Of a stretch of 64,000 nucleotides of DNA, positions 10,877-24,367 are shown piece after piece. The notes under the pieces are model-generated. The model was not told where the DNA came from, did not search any database, and worked only from the letters and a program-made list of their open reading frames with translations. Each line of letters opens with the position of its first letter. The stretch's first letter is position 1. The DNA comes from Octopus sinensis (lineage: Eukaryota): the NCBI RefSeq assembly GCF_006345805.1, contig NC_043002.1, forward strand, positions 45,756,001 to 45,820,000. Reading direction: 5' to 3'. The translations under genes and the position numbers were made by a program.

Positions 10877-11024
10877 GAAAGGTCATTATAAGATGAAAAA
10901 TGTCACAACTTCTTCTGAAGAAGAACAAGAAGCAGAAACGAATGATGAAGAAACTATATCATGTGAAGGACATGTCATTGAGTTAAAAAATCTTAATGAA
11001 TCATATCATATAGTCCCATATTAA
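10877..11024 (+). CDS. Terminal exon, cytoplasmic tail of the same protein (RKGHYKMKNVTTSSEEEQEAETNDEETISCEGHVIELKNLNESYHIVPY*)
   Basis: cactttatttacag acceptor, phase 2; in-frame join QK-R-KGHY; TAA at 11022-11024; AATAAA at 11331-11336. Confidence 0.75.
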
Positions 11025-13132
11025 AATATAATTTGAATTTTCATGTGTAGAAAGAAGCAATACATTTTCTCAAATATTATCGCGTCCACAGGAGAATTCC
11101 TTGAAAAGTTTAATAAGCCAAATTGGTATCACCAAAGTGAAACCAAAGAGACAATACCACCTTATCTCTCCCTGACACTCAGACAAAAAGCAAGGGGTCA
11201 AAAACATAAAAATTCTTCATTCATTGTAATAATTACATTTTCCAAACTCTTGCAGACATAGATTATCACCAGTTTCATTGAGTTCTAGATTTTTAACCAA
11301 TTTTTACTCTACATTAGTTACCAACAACAAAATAAATGTTTCACAAATACTTAAGAAATTTAGTCTTTGGATACAAACTTGACAATTCACCTATTCAGAT
11401 TATAAACATATGTTTCAATCTTCAGTCTGTACCAGCTGTCATCAATCCCTAAAAGTGATATTTAGAAAATAAGGGAAAGTATAGCCAGTAGCCATTAAGA
11501 AGTCTTAAAGACCAGAATTATCTCACTATCTATGAATTAAAATCATGCATGGATTATTTATCCACCAAGTTATTAGACATGCATGGTTCCAGTTCTAATA
11601 TGTTTGTAGAAGTGTGCACATTTAATGTTTAATATGTGTCTAAAATCTGAAAAATTGGAGGAAAATAAACAAATAAACAACTATTAATATAGATGAGTAT
11701 GCTTGTATTTATTGATGTATATTTAGTTATGTATTGTGTATCTAGTATTGCATGATCTAGATATCAATCATCATTCATAAAAAGTTCAAAAGTTAAATAC
11801 AACAAATAGATATTTTTTCAATATCAATTACATATATCATAAAACAAGTTCACAAACCTGCTTACTAAACCATTACTAATGATTTTCACAAAGCAAGTAT
11901 GTATATTCAACAGCACTGTCCACAATTATTTCAAAATGAATAAAACAATACAAAGTAATACAACACACACACACACACACACAGACATTCTTTTCAGGAA
12001 CAGTGAATCTTGAAGCAAATAAAGTTATAAATAATACCATGTAAATATAGGGTTTAAAACACTCTGGATAGAAAAAGTCAAAAGCTGCCTGTGGGGCTCA
12101 AACCCAAATCTCCTGTAAACATGATAGGTGATGTACGTTCATCAGGCAACCATTGACTTTTTCTCGCCAAAGTGTTTTGACCCAATATTTACATTTTAAA
12201 TGCTATTATTTAGTTTTATTTGCTTCAAGATTCACTGTTCCTAAAAAGAATTTGCATTCTCAAAGTTTCTAAATTCTTATAACATCAACAGCATTTATAA
12301 CTGTGTGTATGTATGTTCTATTGCATTTTTTAATTATCTAAATTCTTCCTTTAAAGGAACTGGTTTCTAACAAAGACACATATCTCCATCTTTGGAGTGT
12401 AGATAATTAAAACAATGTCACATTAAACCTGAGAAAAGTCTTGCATAGTTTTACTGTTCTGCTTACAGATTGTATTTGTAATGTGCGAATCAGATGGTTG
12501 ATTTCTTTTTCTGAAAATCCAAGCTTATCGAAACTGACAGTTAGGCATTTAGTTACAAAACCAAGTACACCAATTATTATTGGTGTAAATGTAAATTTAT
12601 AATCTGGATATAGAAGCTGGAAGTTTCAAAGCAATTGTTCATAGTTATCTTCTTTCTTTTTGATTTTCAAAGAGATATTCACATCAACAGAACAGCTGAC
12701 CTCTAGTCTATCTCAAACAACAATATCCAGCCTCTTATGCTTACATTTGACAGATATTTTGATGGGAATGTTCAACTGGTTATATTTGTGTAAATATTCA
12801 ATAATAGTAGGATATTCTCTATATTTATTCCAGGATAGACTTTTTTCCGAATGACATTCATCATCATCATCATTGTTTAATGTCCACCTTCCATGCCATT
12901 GTATAGTATTTTTGAGACAATGCCATATCAAGGTAGTACCTTGACACTTTTGTGCAGCTTTTAATCACATGTGTGATGTCTTCCACAGAAATATGACATA
13001 ATCTACATTTTTTATTGTATTTTGTAACTTTAAGGGCTTCACTTCATGTCAATGGTACTGTCTTCTTCAAGTCTTTAGGAAACATACCCATGCATGGTCT
13101 TGTTTTGATATACTGAGTGTTTCACCTCCAGT

Positions 13133-13186
<54 letters not shown>

Positions 13187-14039
13187 ATATATATCCCTCT
13201 CTCTCTCTTTCGGAGAGGCACTGAGCAGCTATACGCACATATACACACACGGCAGTAACTTCCACCTACCGAATTCAATCACAAAGCTCCGGTCGACTCG
13301 GGGCTATAGTGGAAGACACCTACCCAAAGTGCCACGCAGTGGGACTGAACCCGAAACCATGTAACTAGGAAGCAAGCTCCCTAACCACACAGCCATATAT
13401 ATATATAATAACATTAGGGAGTAAATCCAAACTTACAGGGAAAAATTAGATTTAGGATTAAATCCAATTAAATTAGAGATAAAACCACTATTAGGCAAAT
13501 CAAACAATGAAAAACATACGCCAAAACATAAAAATAAACATAATTAATATAATATACAAAATATATAAAATATAAAATTTAAAATATTTAAATTTAAAAT
13601 GTTTAATTTATATTTATAATATTTTTAAAATTTTTAAATTAAAAAAAAATATATATAACTATCAAAAAAAAATTTTTTAATTTAAAAATTTATAAATTTA
13701 AAATTTAAAAAATATAAATATAAATTTAAAATTTTAAATTGAAATAATTTAAATTTTATATATTATATTAATTATGTTTATTTTTATGTTTTGGTTTATG
13801 TTTTTCATTGTTTGATTTGCCTAATAGTGGTTTTATCTCTAATTTAATATATATATATATATATATTGCTCAACAAGATCTACATTTACAACCAGCCACA
13901 AGATGAAACTTGAGTAAACTCCCCTTTTAATAAAATATACAGTTTTCCATAAATTACAAATATAGAGCTCTATATCAGATAATGTTTGCATTCTGTATAT
14001 ATTAAACCAGTAAAGGAATCAAAACTACTGGATCAGGTT

Positions 14040-14495
14040 ATAAAGATCACAAAGAGAATCATAGCACAATTGATCCATGACAGATTAACTCTAGATGAGA
14101 TGAAGTTTGGCTTTGTACCTAGAAGAGATATCATGGATGCAAATATATAGTGAGGCAACCAACCACTGAAAAAATACTTGGAGAAGGCATTTGACAGGGT
14201 TTCATGTTCAGTAATTTGGTGGTCCCAAAGGAAACTAGTATTAGATGAATGGGTTGTGAGGGCTCTACAAGTTATGTATAACGAGGAAGTGAGAACAACG
14301 GTTTCATTATGAATTAAATGTGAAGGTAGGAGTTGATCAAGGTTCATTTTTCAGTCTTCTCCTATTCATCACAGTTGTACAGGCCACCACAGAGGAGTTT
14401 AAGACAGGTTGTCCATGAGAACTCCTATATGTTGATGATCTAGTTCTCAAAGCTGAATCTATAGTGGAATTAGAGAGTAAATACCAGGCATAGAC
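14040..14495 (+). mobile_element. RTE-like LINE RT fragment (degenerate)
   Basis: Reads FGFVPRR..LEKAFDRVS..DEWVVRALQVMY..EEFKTGCP*ELLYVDDLVL. Confidence 0.85.
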
Positions 14496-15065
14496 CCCAC
14501 ATACACACACACACTCATTACACACCGCATGCTAATATAAAAAAAACCTACCACAACTTTATCCTTTACAGAAAGAAAACAGACCAACAAACACAGATAT
14601 ATATATCTACACCCCTTAATAAAATTATACATATGACACCACTACACACCCCATCCCTGCAGGGACACCACATTAATACACACTTTTCCCACTTCAAGAT
14701 AACTATTGCCAGCTTCACAACATACCCAACCAAGGGACATAATTCTTAACCCAATCCACTTTTTTACAGCAGCCGCTGACTGGTTGAGTTATTCCACCTC
14801 CAACGACAGACAGCAGTTCCCACATTCCCTTCCATATCGGCTATCTCTCATGAGCATAAAGTTATACAATTGGATTGTTACCTAACACTCCATTGTATTC
14901 TTTACACGAAACCAATTGGTAAGATAGATATTTAATACTATAAAATTTGGATAATATACCCACTCTACTGACAGATATACAAGTGCATCTTCTTCTTGAC
15001 TTATGGTTTCTTAGATGACTCACTCATGCACGTATATATATATACATATATATAAATATATATAT

Positions 15066-15447
15066 AGGCACAGGAGTGGCTGTGTAGTAAGTAGTTTACT
15101 TACCAACCATATGGTTCCAGGTTCGGTCCCACTGCATGGCACCTTGGGCAAGTGTCTTCTACTATAGCCTCGGGCCGACTAAAGCCTTGTGAGTGGATTT
15201 GGTAGACGGAAACTGAAAGAACCCCATTGTATATGTATATATATGTATGCGTGTATATGTTTGTCCCTCCGGCATTGCTTGACAACCAATGCTGGTGTGT
15301 TTACATCCCCATAACTTAGCAGTTCGGCATAAGAGACCAATAAAATAAGTACTAGGCTTACAAAGAATAAGTCCTGGGGTTGATTTGCTCAAATAAAGGC
15401 GGTACTCCAGCATTGCCAGTCAAATGACTGAAACAAGTAAAAGAATA
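15066..15447 (+). mobile_element. tRNA-derived SINE family A, full-length copy
   Basis: A-box-like ggagtggctgtgtagta, B-box-like ggttcggtccc, body ending gactgaaacaagtaaaag. Other copies at about 13240-13400(-), 18160-18320, 19262-19440, 29775-29875, 51008-51180, 60715-60990. Confidence 0.85.
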
Positions 15448-16702
15448 GAAAATAAAAGAATATATATATATAATATATAATAGCACCCAGTACATGCTGT
15501 AAAATGGTTGGCGTTAAGAAGGGCATCCAACAACAGAAACCATACCAAAGCAGTTGACCTAAAAGTAATCATTAAAACGATGATGATGATGATGACAATG
15601 ATTCATTATCATTCCAGTATATTCTGAATACAAATCATACTTTTCTACTTTAGTCATTAGAACACAGGCTCAAAAATTTGTCATTTGTCCCAGTTTTTTT
15701 TTATGCTTACTGAGGTCAACCTTGCTTTTAATCCTTTCAGTGTTGATATAAGAAAGTCTTGTGTCTGTGGTAGTGGATCAATAAAATGGTTAGAGCATGG
15801 TGTTATGTAGTGATATCTAGATGTAATAAAATCCTCTGTCTATAAGAGTGGATTGATGGTAATGTCTTCATCATCATCATCATTTAATGTCTGTTGTCCA
15901 TGCTGGCATGGGTTGGACAGTGTGACCAGAGCTGGCAAGCTGGACGAGAGGTGTTGCTGCACCAGACTCCTATCTGATTTGGCATGGTTTCTACAGCTGA
16001 ATACCCTTCCTAATGCCAGCCACTTTACAGAGTGTGTTGGGTGCTTTTATGTGGCACCACATGGGCAATTTTACATGGCACCACATGGGCGTTTTTATGT
16101 GACACCACATGGGTGCTTTACATGACACTGCACATGCACTTTTATGTTGCCCTGTCACGAGTACTTCACACCACCAGAAGGATCAGTCTTAACACTTCAA
16201 CTGTGGGATACGGGTCTTCTTGAGTAAGCCAGGTGCCAAGTATCTCGGTCCTTTGTCTTATGGAATTTATTCCAGTGCTATGTCTCCTGAGTTCTTGGGT
16301 GGTAGACTTGATCCATTACTTGGTTTAGATCTCCTGTTTGAGGATCACTTCTTCCTTTCCTTCCACCAGCATCAGAGTGTGTGACAGAATAGATAGAGCA
16401 TAAGATTGGAATGTTTTGTAGTATTTGCACCAGCTCTTTGTGTTTCAAGTACTTAGGTAATAGGCATAATCCATAGCTCAATTTAAGACTACCACCTGGA
16501 CTCTGGGTACTTTTAGCAGAGTTCACTCTGTTACAAGCATTTGAAGGAAGCCTTTGGTTTGAGATAATTTTCAGTCACTGGTCTCAGAAGCTATGTAAAA
16601 CATAGGGTCATAAACCTGCTCTGTACCCACATACTATGCAGGAAAAAAATAAAAACAAAAACAAAACAAAACAAAACATGCATTTGGTAGTAAATAGACC
16701 AC

Positions 16703-16797
<95 letters not shown>

Positions 16798-18941
16798 TCT
16801 ATACACATACACACATTTTATTTTCAGTTGGCTTCATTCTACTTAGAATCCTATTAACTATAGGATTAAATTATCCATAAAGTAGATAAGAACTGAACAG
16901 CTTGCAGGCACTCCCTATGTGTCTATATATATATATATATATATAAATAGATGAGTGTATTTATCCCTTGTTAACAATTAACATGGAAAAATAGATAAAT
17001 AGAAAAAATTATGACAAAGGCAAGGAATTCTGTCTTCTCTGTAATTCTGAACTATTTTTTATTCTTTTTTCTAAAAATCCCCTTGTAAACATGGTTATAG
17101 AGCATGCATACTGATGTAAACATTAGCAAAAACACACCTTTAGTTCATATAAGTAATCTCCATCATTATATATAATTTAAACATTAATTTTCTTTTTATA
17201 TTTAACATTCACTAAAAAAATATCCCTTCTCTTTCTATAGGCTACTTCTGACATTATTTCATATAACGTTTTTTCAAACAATATTAACAGTGTTCAGTAA
17301 GTCACTATACATAGCCATCATTTCCTGTTAAAATGTCTTATTAGACGAGTTTCATTTCTTCACTTCCCTGAAGAGAAGATTACATTGTTTTACACCATTT
17401 ATTCCTTTGGAATAATATCAGTGAAACCTTCGGGAGTAAAAGTATTTGAATTATACTTGTGTTAAACTCCATTTATATATATATATATATATTCCACTCA
17501 TACTCCTCATTCAACAACTTTCCAAAGTACATTAGGCAAGAAAGAATTAGTTGCATATGGAAATAGCAACTAGACCTCCCTCAAATCATGTTTGCTGTCT
17601 TAAAGATCAGAGAAGAACACATTGGATAATGTATGTAGCCACCAAAATGTTATGTTCATTGCTGGAATGCTTTTGATCATAGATCCACTTTCAAATTTAC
17701 TTCTCTCTATGATTTTATTGTTATGCAGTTGAAACAAGTTAAATGAGTTACCTTCATGAAACAGAACATAAAAATTTTTTTTAAAAACCCTCCCCCCCCA
17801 AAATACAACAAAAACAAACCTTTTCTCCTGTTAAGATAAACCTGATGTCTTCTTTCTTGCTTCCTCCCTACTTTCTTGATATTATTCCTAGCCATCCCTT
17901 CTATTTCAAGGCTCATCATTTATAGCCCATCAACTGTACTCTTCCAATACTAAGTTACCCTTTGCTTACTTAGAAATCAATCCACAGAATTCGTTGTCAG
18001 GTTGCCTCCATCAGGAACACACAAATGTTGTCTGTACTATAGTTTTTTTCATCTTCTTACAAACATAGGCACCTCCTAGTGCTGGTATTGAGTAGAATGT
18101 GTGTGTGTATGAATGTGTGTGCATGTATGTATGTGAGATACTTCAGATAAAATGAATTTAGATTTCAATGGTTGAGTGATTAAGAAATTTGTTTTACAAC
18201 CACATGGTTTGGGGTTCAGTTCCACTACACAGCACTTAGAGCAAATGTCTCTTACTATGTAGCTTCAGGCGAACAAATGCTTTGGGAGGGGAACTGGTCG
18301 ATATAAACTATATGGAAGTCTAATGTCATCATCACCATTGTTTAATATTCATTTTCCATGCTGGCATGGGTTGGATGGTTTGATAGGAGCTGGCCAGCTG
18401 GAGAACTGCCCAGGCTCCATTGGTCTGTTTTGGCATGGTTTCTATGGCTGGATGCGTTTCCTAATGCCAACCACTTTACAGAGTGTGCTGGATGCTTTTT
18501 ACGTGGCACTGGCACAGGGCATTTTATGTGGCACTGGCACCTGCCAAACAAAGACCTCTCAGCTCAGAGAGGGAGTGGTGGCATGGCCATTAAGAACATG
18601 CCTGGGTGTATGGATGACTGCAATTTTAATTAGTTTGATGTATCTTCTCAAGTACAGGAAATCACCATATTTGTGTATGTATGTGTTTGTGGGTGCTTGC
18701 GTGTGCGTGTCTGTGTGTGTGTGTGTGCATGCACATGAATGTTGACATTACCTGGCTTCAGCTACCATTGTCTGACTGAAATGATGATTAAATTTCTTGA
18801 TGTTATGACTCTGCTTTCAAAAACCAGTGGAATAAAAAAAATCTTACCTGAAAACCAGGTAAAGGTTGGCAACAGGAAGGATATTCTGCTTCAACTAAAT
18901 AACTCTCCCACCCATCCTAGCAAGGTAAAAATCAACATAAA

Positions 18942-19158
18942 CCCTTTAGCATTTAAACCGGCTGTAACTGGCCAAAATTTTCTACTGCCATTATGTTGAA
19001 ATTGGTGAAATCTGGCCTTTCACACTTGGCCTACCATGTCATTCTAAAAATAAACCACCACATCAAAATCTCAAAGCTACAAGACAATACCGGATGAATT
19101 CAAAACAATGTGAATAAATAATCGTTATGTCTAACAGAGTAACCTGAATGCTAAAGGG
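18942..19158. mobile_element. piggyBac-like MITE copy
   Basis: ccctttagcatt ... aatgctaaaggg-ttaa. Confidence 0.7.
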
Positions 19159-21635
19159 TTAAACAAATGAACAAATGAATTGAGAATTAATAGCATGTTT
19201 AGCATGTGTATGTTGACATCATCCTTGTTTTACATTTTTAAAATTTAATTTTCTACATACTTTGGCACAGGTATAGCTGTGTGGTTGAGAAGCATGTTTC
19301 CCAATCCTGTAGTCTCAGGTTCTGTCCTACTAAGCAGCACCTTAGGTAAGTGTCTTCTACTATAGCTCCAAGCCAACCAAAGCCTCGAGTGGATCTGGAT
19401 TTAGTAGACAGAGACCGAAAGAAGCCTGTCATGTAAATGAGCTTTGTCACCTGTCACCATACAGGTGATGTAGTTTGTTTCCAGTCTTCTGTGTAAAAAC
19501 ATGGCTGGTCATGGGGAAATATTACCTTGCTTGGAAATGAGGGTTGGCAATAGTAAGGGTATCTGACTGTAGAAAACCTGTCTCAATAAATTCCATGTGA
19601 GCCATGCAAGCATGGGAAAATGGACATTAAATGATTATGAAGATATATGATAAATATTACAGTTTGTAACAGAACTGCTTTAATACAGAGACACTATAAA
19701 AAGAATTTTTTAAATCAGCATACCATGTTGAACCATTTAGCATTCCGATTATTCTGTCAAATGTAATGCACATTTATTCACAATGTTTTGAATTAATCAC
19801 AGCTTATTTCACATCTTTGAGATTTTGATTATGGGATAGTTTACTTTTAGTATGACATTGTAGGGTAAGTTTGAAAGGCTGAATGTGGTCAGCTTGAACA
19901 TGAAACAAATAGAACATTTTGGCTGGATATGACCAGTTTAAATGCTAAAGGGTTTAAAAAACCAGAAACAGAAAAAGGAGAAAATTGAAATACACACAAG
20001 CACTGAATTAAATATTTATTTCATAATTTATAAATTGTCAACAAATTTTTTATTTTTTACATCCATTATTTTACTGTACACAATACAGACAGGGAAGAAT
20101 TGTGGAGGTGTTAAACAACTGCTGATAGGGACATCTGAGCTAAGGAAAATTTAACATAATAATAATATATAAATAATTAAATTTAAAAAAATAAACATAA
20201 ACAAAAACAAAGAAGCAACATGTAGGTTGCAGCCACATATATCACTCTCATGTCATTTGATTATTTATTCTGGCGAAGTAAAAACAGTTCCAGGTTCAAT
20301 TCATAGCAACATTTATATAAAATTTCAAAGAATTAACCAGTTGCAATGTACAAGATAATTATAATGCTCATTGAATTAAATAATTAACATCTCTATAATC
20401 CAGTTGCCCTCCCTTCCCGCCAACAACCAATTGTTATTACCAAATTACTTGGAAAATAAAATTTTTAAAAAAAATTCCTTCACAAGAAGTTTTTAGTTCA
20501 ATTCAAAAAAGTTTGAATATAGATATATCTCATTCTTTTCCTTCTTTCTGCCCCGACTCCATCTAATAAATTTCTTACAATTAATGCCTTTGTAAATTGT
20601 TCTAGCATTTTAATTATAGAAGACCAAGAAATATTTCTTTCTTAGGCATAAGGCTGATTTTGTAATGAGAGGAGATATAGCTAACCAAATAGACTTGAGT
20701 ACAATGCTGATACTTATTATGCTGAACTCAGAAAAATAAAAGACAAAGATTGACCCTAGCAAGATTTGAACTCAGAACATAAAGAGATAAAACTAAATAT
20801 AGTATAGTCTTCTCTTTTCTTAAATATTTCTATCAACATGAGCAAAAATATTTTGATAAGGCTAAAACTATTGTTTATTCTAAAAAAATTTTACAATTGA
20901 TGTATAAAAATGTAATATGCACTTGTATATGTGAACATGGAAAGGTATCTAGGCTGATTTGCAGATGTTGAATTATAGATTTTCTTTTTTCTGGTTCAAA
21001 TCTAACTTTGGTCACGGCTAATAAAGCTTAAATTAAGTATCAATAATGGAAGTTACTGGCAAGTAAAAATATTTAGCTGCACTTATCCCACTTTTCTCAA
21101 CAAAAGCTAACAAAACAAAAAAATTTTTTTTTTGAAAAACCTTTTGATATGTCCATTTCAAACACACATTCAGACACCTATTCTTATATATTCAAATATG
21201 AAATACAAGTAGCGCTAGTGTAATAAACATTATCAACCACACATACAAAACAGGCTTTGGGTATTTGCTGGTAGGCTGCGATTTGGCATGGTGGAGAATA
21301 CTCTCTCAAAACACTGGGTGTTCTCACAACAAATCACAGTCTACTGGCAAGTACACAAACAATATATATTAGGTATATGTGGTCGATAATGTTTATATAT
21401 ATATTAAATAATAAAAGAGTATAACTCTTTACACGAAATAACACGGAAGGGCTCAATATATTGAGCAAATATCAAAGTTCAAGGAGGGAGAGAAAACAGA
21501 TGAGTTTATCATCCTCCTAATCTGTCCAATACATATTCAAATTGGGAATACAATCAAATATATTTTTTATTATATATGCATATATTTGATTGCATTCCCA
21601 ATTTGAATATGTATTGGCCAGATTAGGAGGATGAA

Positions 21636-21672
<37 letters not shown>

Positions 21673-22002
21673 ACACACACATATATACATAAACACACAC
21701 ACACATAAATACATAAACACACACACACATAAATACATAAACACACACACACACATATAATGTACTGTTCCATGATGGTAAGATCAACAAAAAAAGTACT
21801 CCATCAGGTGAGAGATGAATATTATTTGATAGATAAAATGCATGTTTTCATGTGTTACTAATAGTTCCATGTGCTGAGGACATGACAAATAATGAATTAT
21901 ACCATGTGTAACATCTCCACACAGTCATCAGGCAAAAATCACAGCACAAGCAACTATTAGTAGCACATAGAAACATGTATTGTGTCTATTAAATAATATA
22001 TA

Positions 22003-22037
<35 letters not shown>

Positions 22038-22395
22038 CATGTATGTTGGTTGTTATTTTCTTTTTATAAATATGTATTTAAAAACTTAAAAAGCATTATC
22101 CTTGGCTGAATTTGACCAAATATGTATTCAGATATGACAAATATGATATCAATATCTTTATAACGCATATCTGTGAATTCAAAAACATACATAAATGCAT
22201 ATATAATCCGTTGGAAAAAAAAATAAAGAGTACTTAATACCATGTTAGACATTAATGACATTTTATTTTGGTTGAGTCAGACTCTTGCTCCCCTGAGTTT
22301 TACCAATATACACAGTATCTTCAGGCAAGTTGTCATACCTTCCTGAAGATTCAGGTGAAACTCAGAGTAGCAAGATACTGACTTCACCAAAGTAA

Positions 22396-22399
<4 letters not shown>

Positions 22400-22444
<45 letters not shown>

Positions 22445-22926
22445 TATATATCTATATATATATATATACATATATATATGCATACATATATATATATGCA
22501 TACATATATATATATATAGCATACATATATATAATATATGCATACATATATATATATATGTATATGCATACAATATATATAATATATGTATATGCATACT
22601 ATATATATATATATATATATGCATATATATACATATATATATATATATATATGCATATATTATATATATATATAATGCATACATATTATATATATATATA
22701 TGCATACATATATATATATATATATATGCATACATATATATATATATATATGCATACATATATATATATATATATAATGCATACATATATATATATATAT
22801 AATGCATACATATATATATATATATATATGCATACATATATATATATATATGCATACATATATATATATATATATGCATACATATATATATATATATATT
22901 ATATATAATATATATATATATATGCA

Positions 22927-22965
<39 letters not shown>

Positions 22966-23011
22966 ACATATATATATTATATATAATATATATATAATAT
23001 ATATATATGCA

Positions 23012-23084
<73 letters not shown>

Positions 23085-23097
23085 CTATATATATGCA

Positions 23098-23175
<78 letters not shown>

Positions 23176-23236
23176 AACATATATATATATATATATATAT
23201 ATGCAACATATATATATATATATATATATATATGCA

Positions 23237-23305
<69 letters not shown>

Positions 23306-23311
23306 GCATAC

Positions 23312-23355
<44 letters not shown>

Positions 23356-23413
23356 CATATATATATATATATATATATATAGTATGCATATATATATATA
23401 TATATATATATGC

Positions 23414-23446
<33 letters not shown>

Positions 23447-23452
23447 GTATGC

Positions 23453-23483
<31 letters not shown>

Positions 23484-23504
23484 CATATATATATATATGT
23501 ATGC

Positions 23505-23551
<47 letters not shown>

Positions 23552-23945
23552 CATATATATATATATATGTATGCATATATATATATATGTATGCATATAT
23601 ATATATATATGTATGCATATATATATATATATGTATGCATATATATATATATATATGTATGCATATATATATATATATGTATGCATATATATATATATGT
23701 ATGCAATATATATATATATGTATGCATATATATATATATATATGTATGCATATATATATATATATATGTATGCATATATATATATATATGTATGCATATA
23801 TATATATATATATGTATGCATATATATATATATATATGTATGCATATAATATATATATATATATATATATTATGCATACATATATATATATATATGCATA
23901 CATATATATATGCATACATATAATATATAATATATATATATATAT
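22400..23945. repeat. (CT)n followed by a ~1.5-kb (TA)n-based minisatellite with TGCATAC, TGCAAAC and GTATGCA units
   Basis: Direct reading; source of the long YIYI ORFs in the track. Confidence 0.95.
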
Positions 23946-24334
23946 GAATACACATACACTACATTTGAAATGAAACAACCTGATATATTATACACAATTC
24001 CATCTGCTTTGGCACAAAAAGTTTCAATGGATACCAATATACTAAATTAACTGAACAGAATTAAGAGAAGAAATTTCATTGAAAAATCAAACATTTTCTG
24101 ACAAATAACTATTATATAATTTCATAATTACAAAAGATTTTTTGCAATACTTTCTCATAATTTTATACACATACACGCACACACACACACACAACACACA
24201 CACATATATACACTGTATTATTAATATATTAACATATAAAACAATACCAATCTCACAAAAGACTAGTTTAAATCAAAATGTCATACCCTGATTATCACCC
24301 AATAAAAAGTTATTCTGTCCAGTATCTTGAACAT

Positions 24335-24367
<33 letters not shown>

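Noticed and set aside
12092-12142. Functional tRNA gene
   Set aside because: No coherent D-arm or anticodon arm, and the B-box is mutated; kept only as a tRNA-derived repeat.
16278-16526. 82-aa minus-strand ORF as a gene
   Set aside because: No splice context; resembles a decayed LINE C-terminus adjacent to a LINE-tail element.
22277-23978. Long ORFs (up to 431 aa) rich in Y/I/M/C/H on both strands
   Set aside because: They are translations of the (TA)n minisatellite, which lacks stops; there are no splice signals or domain content.
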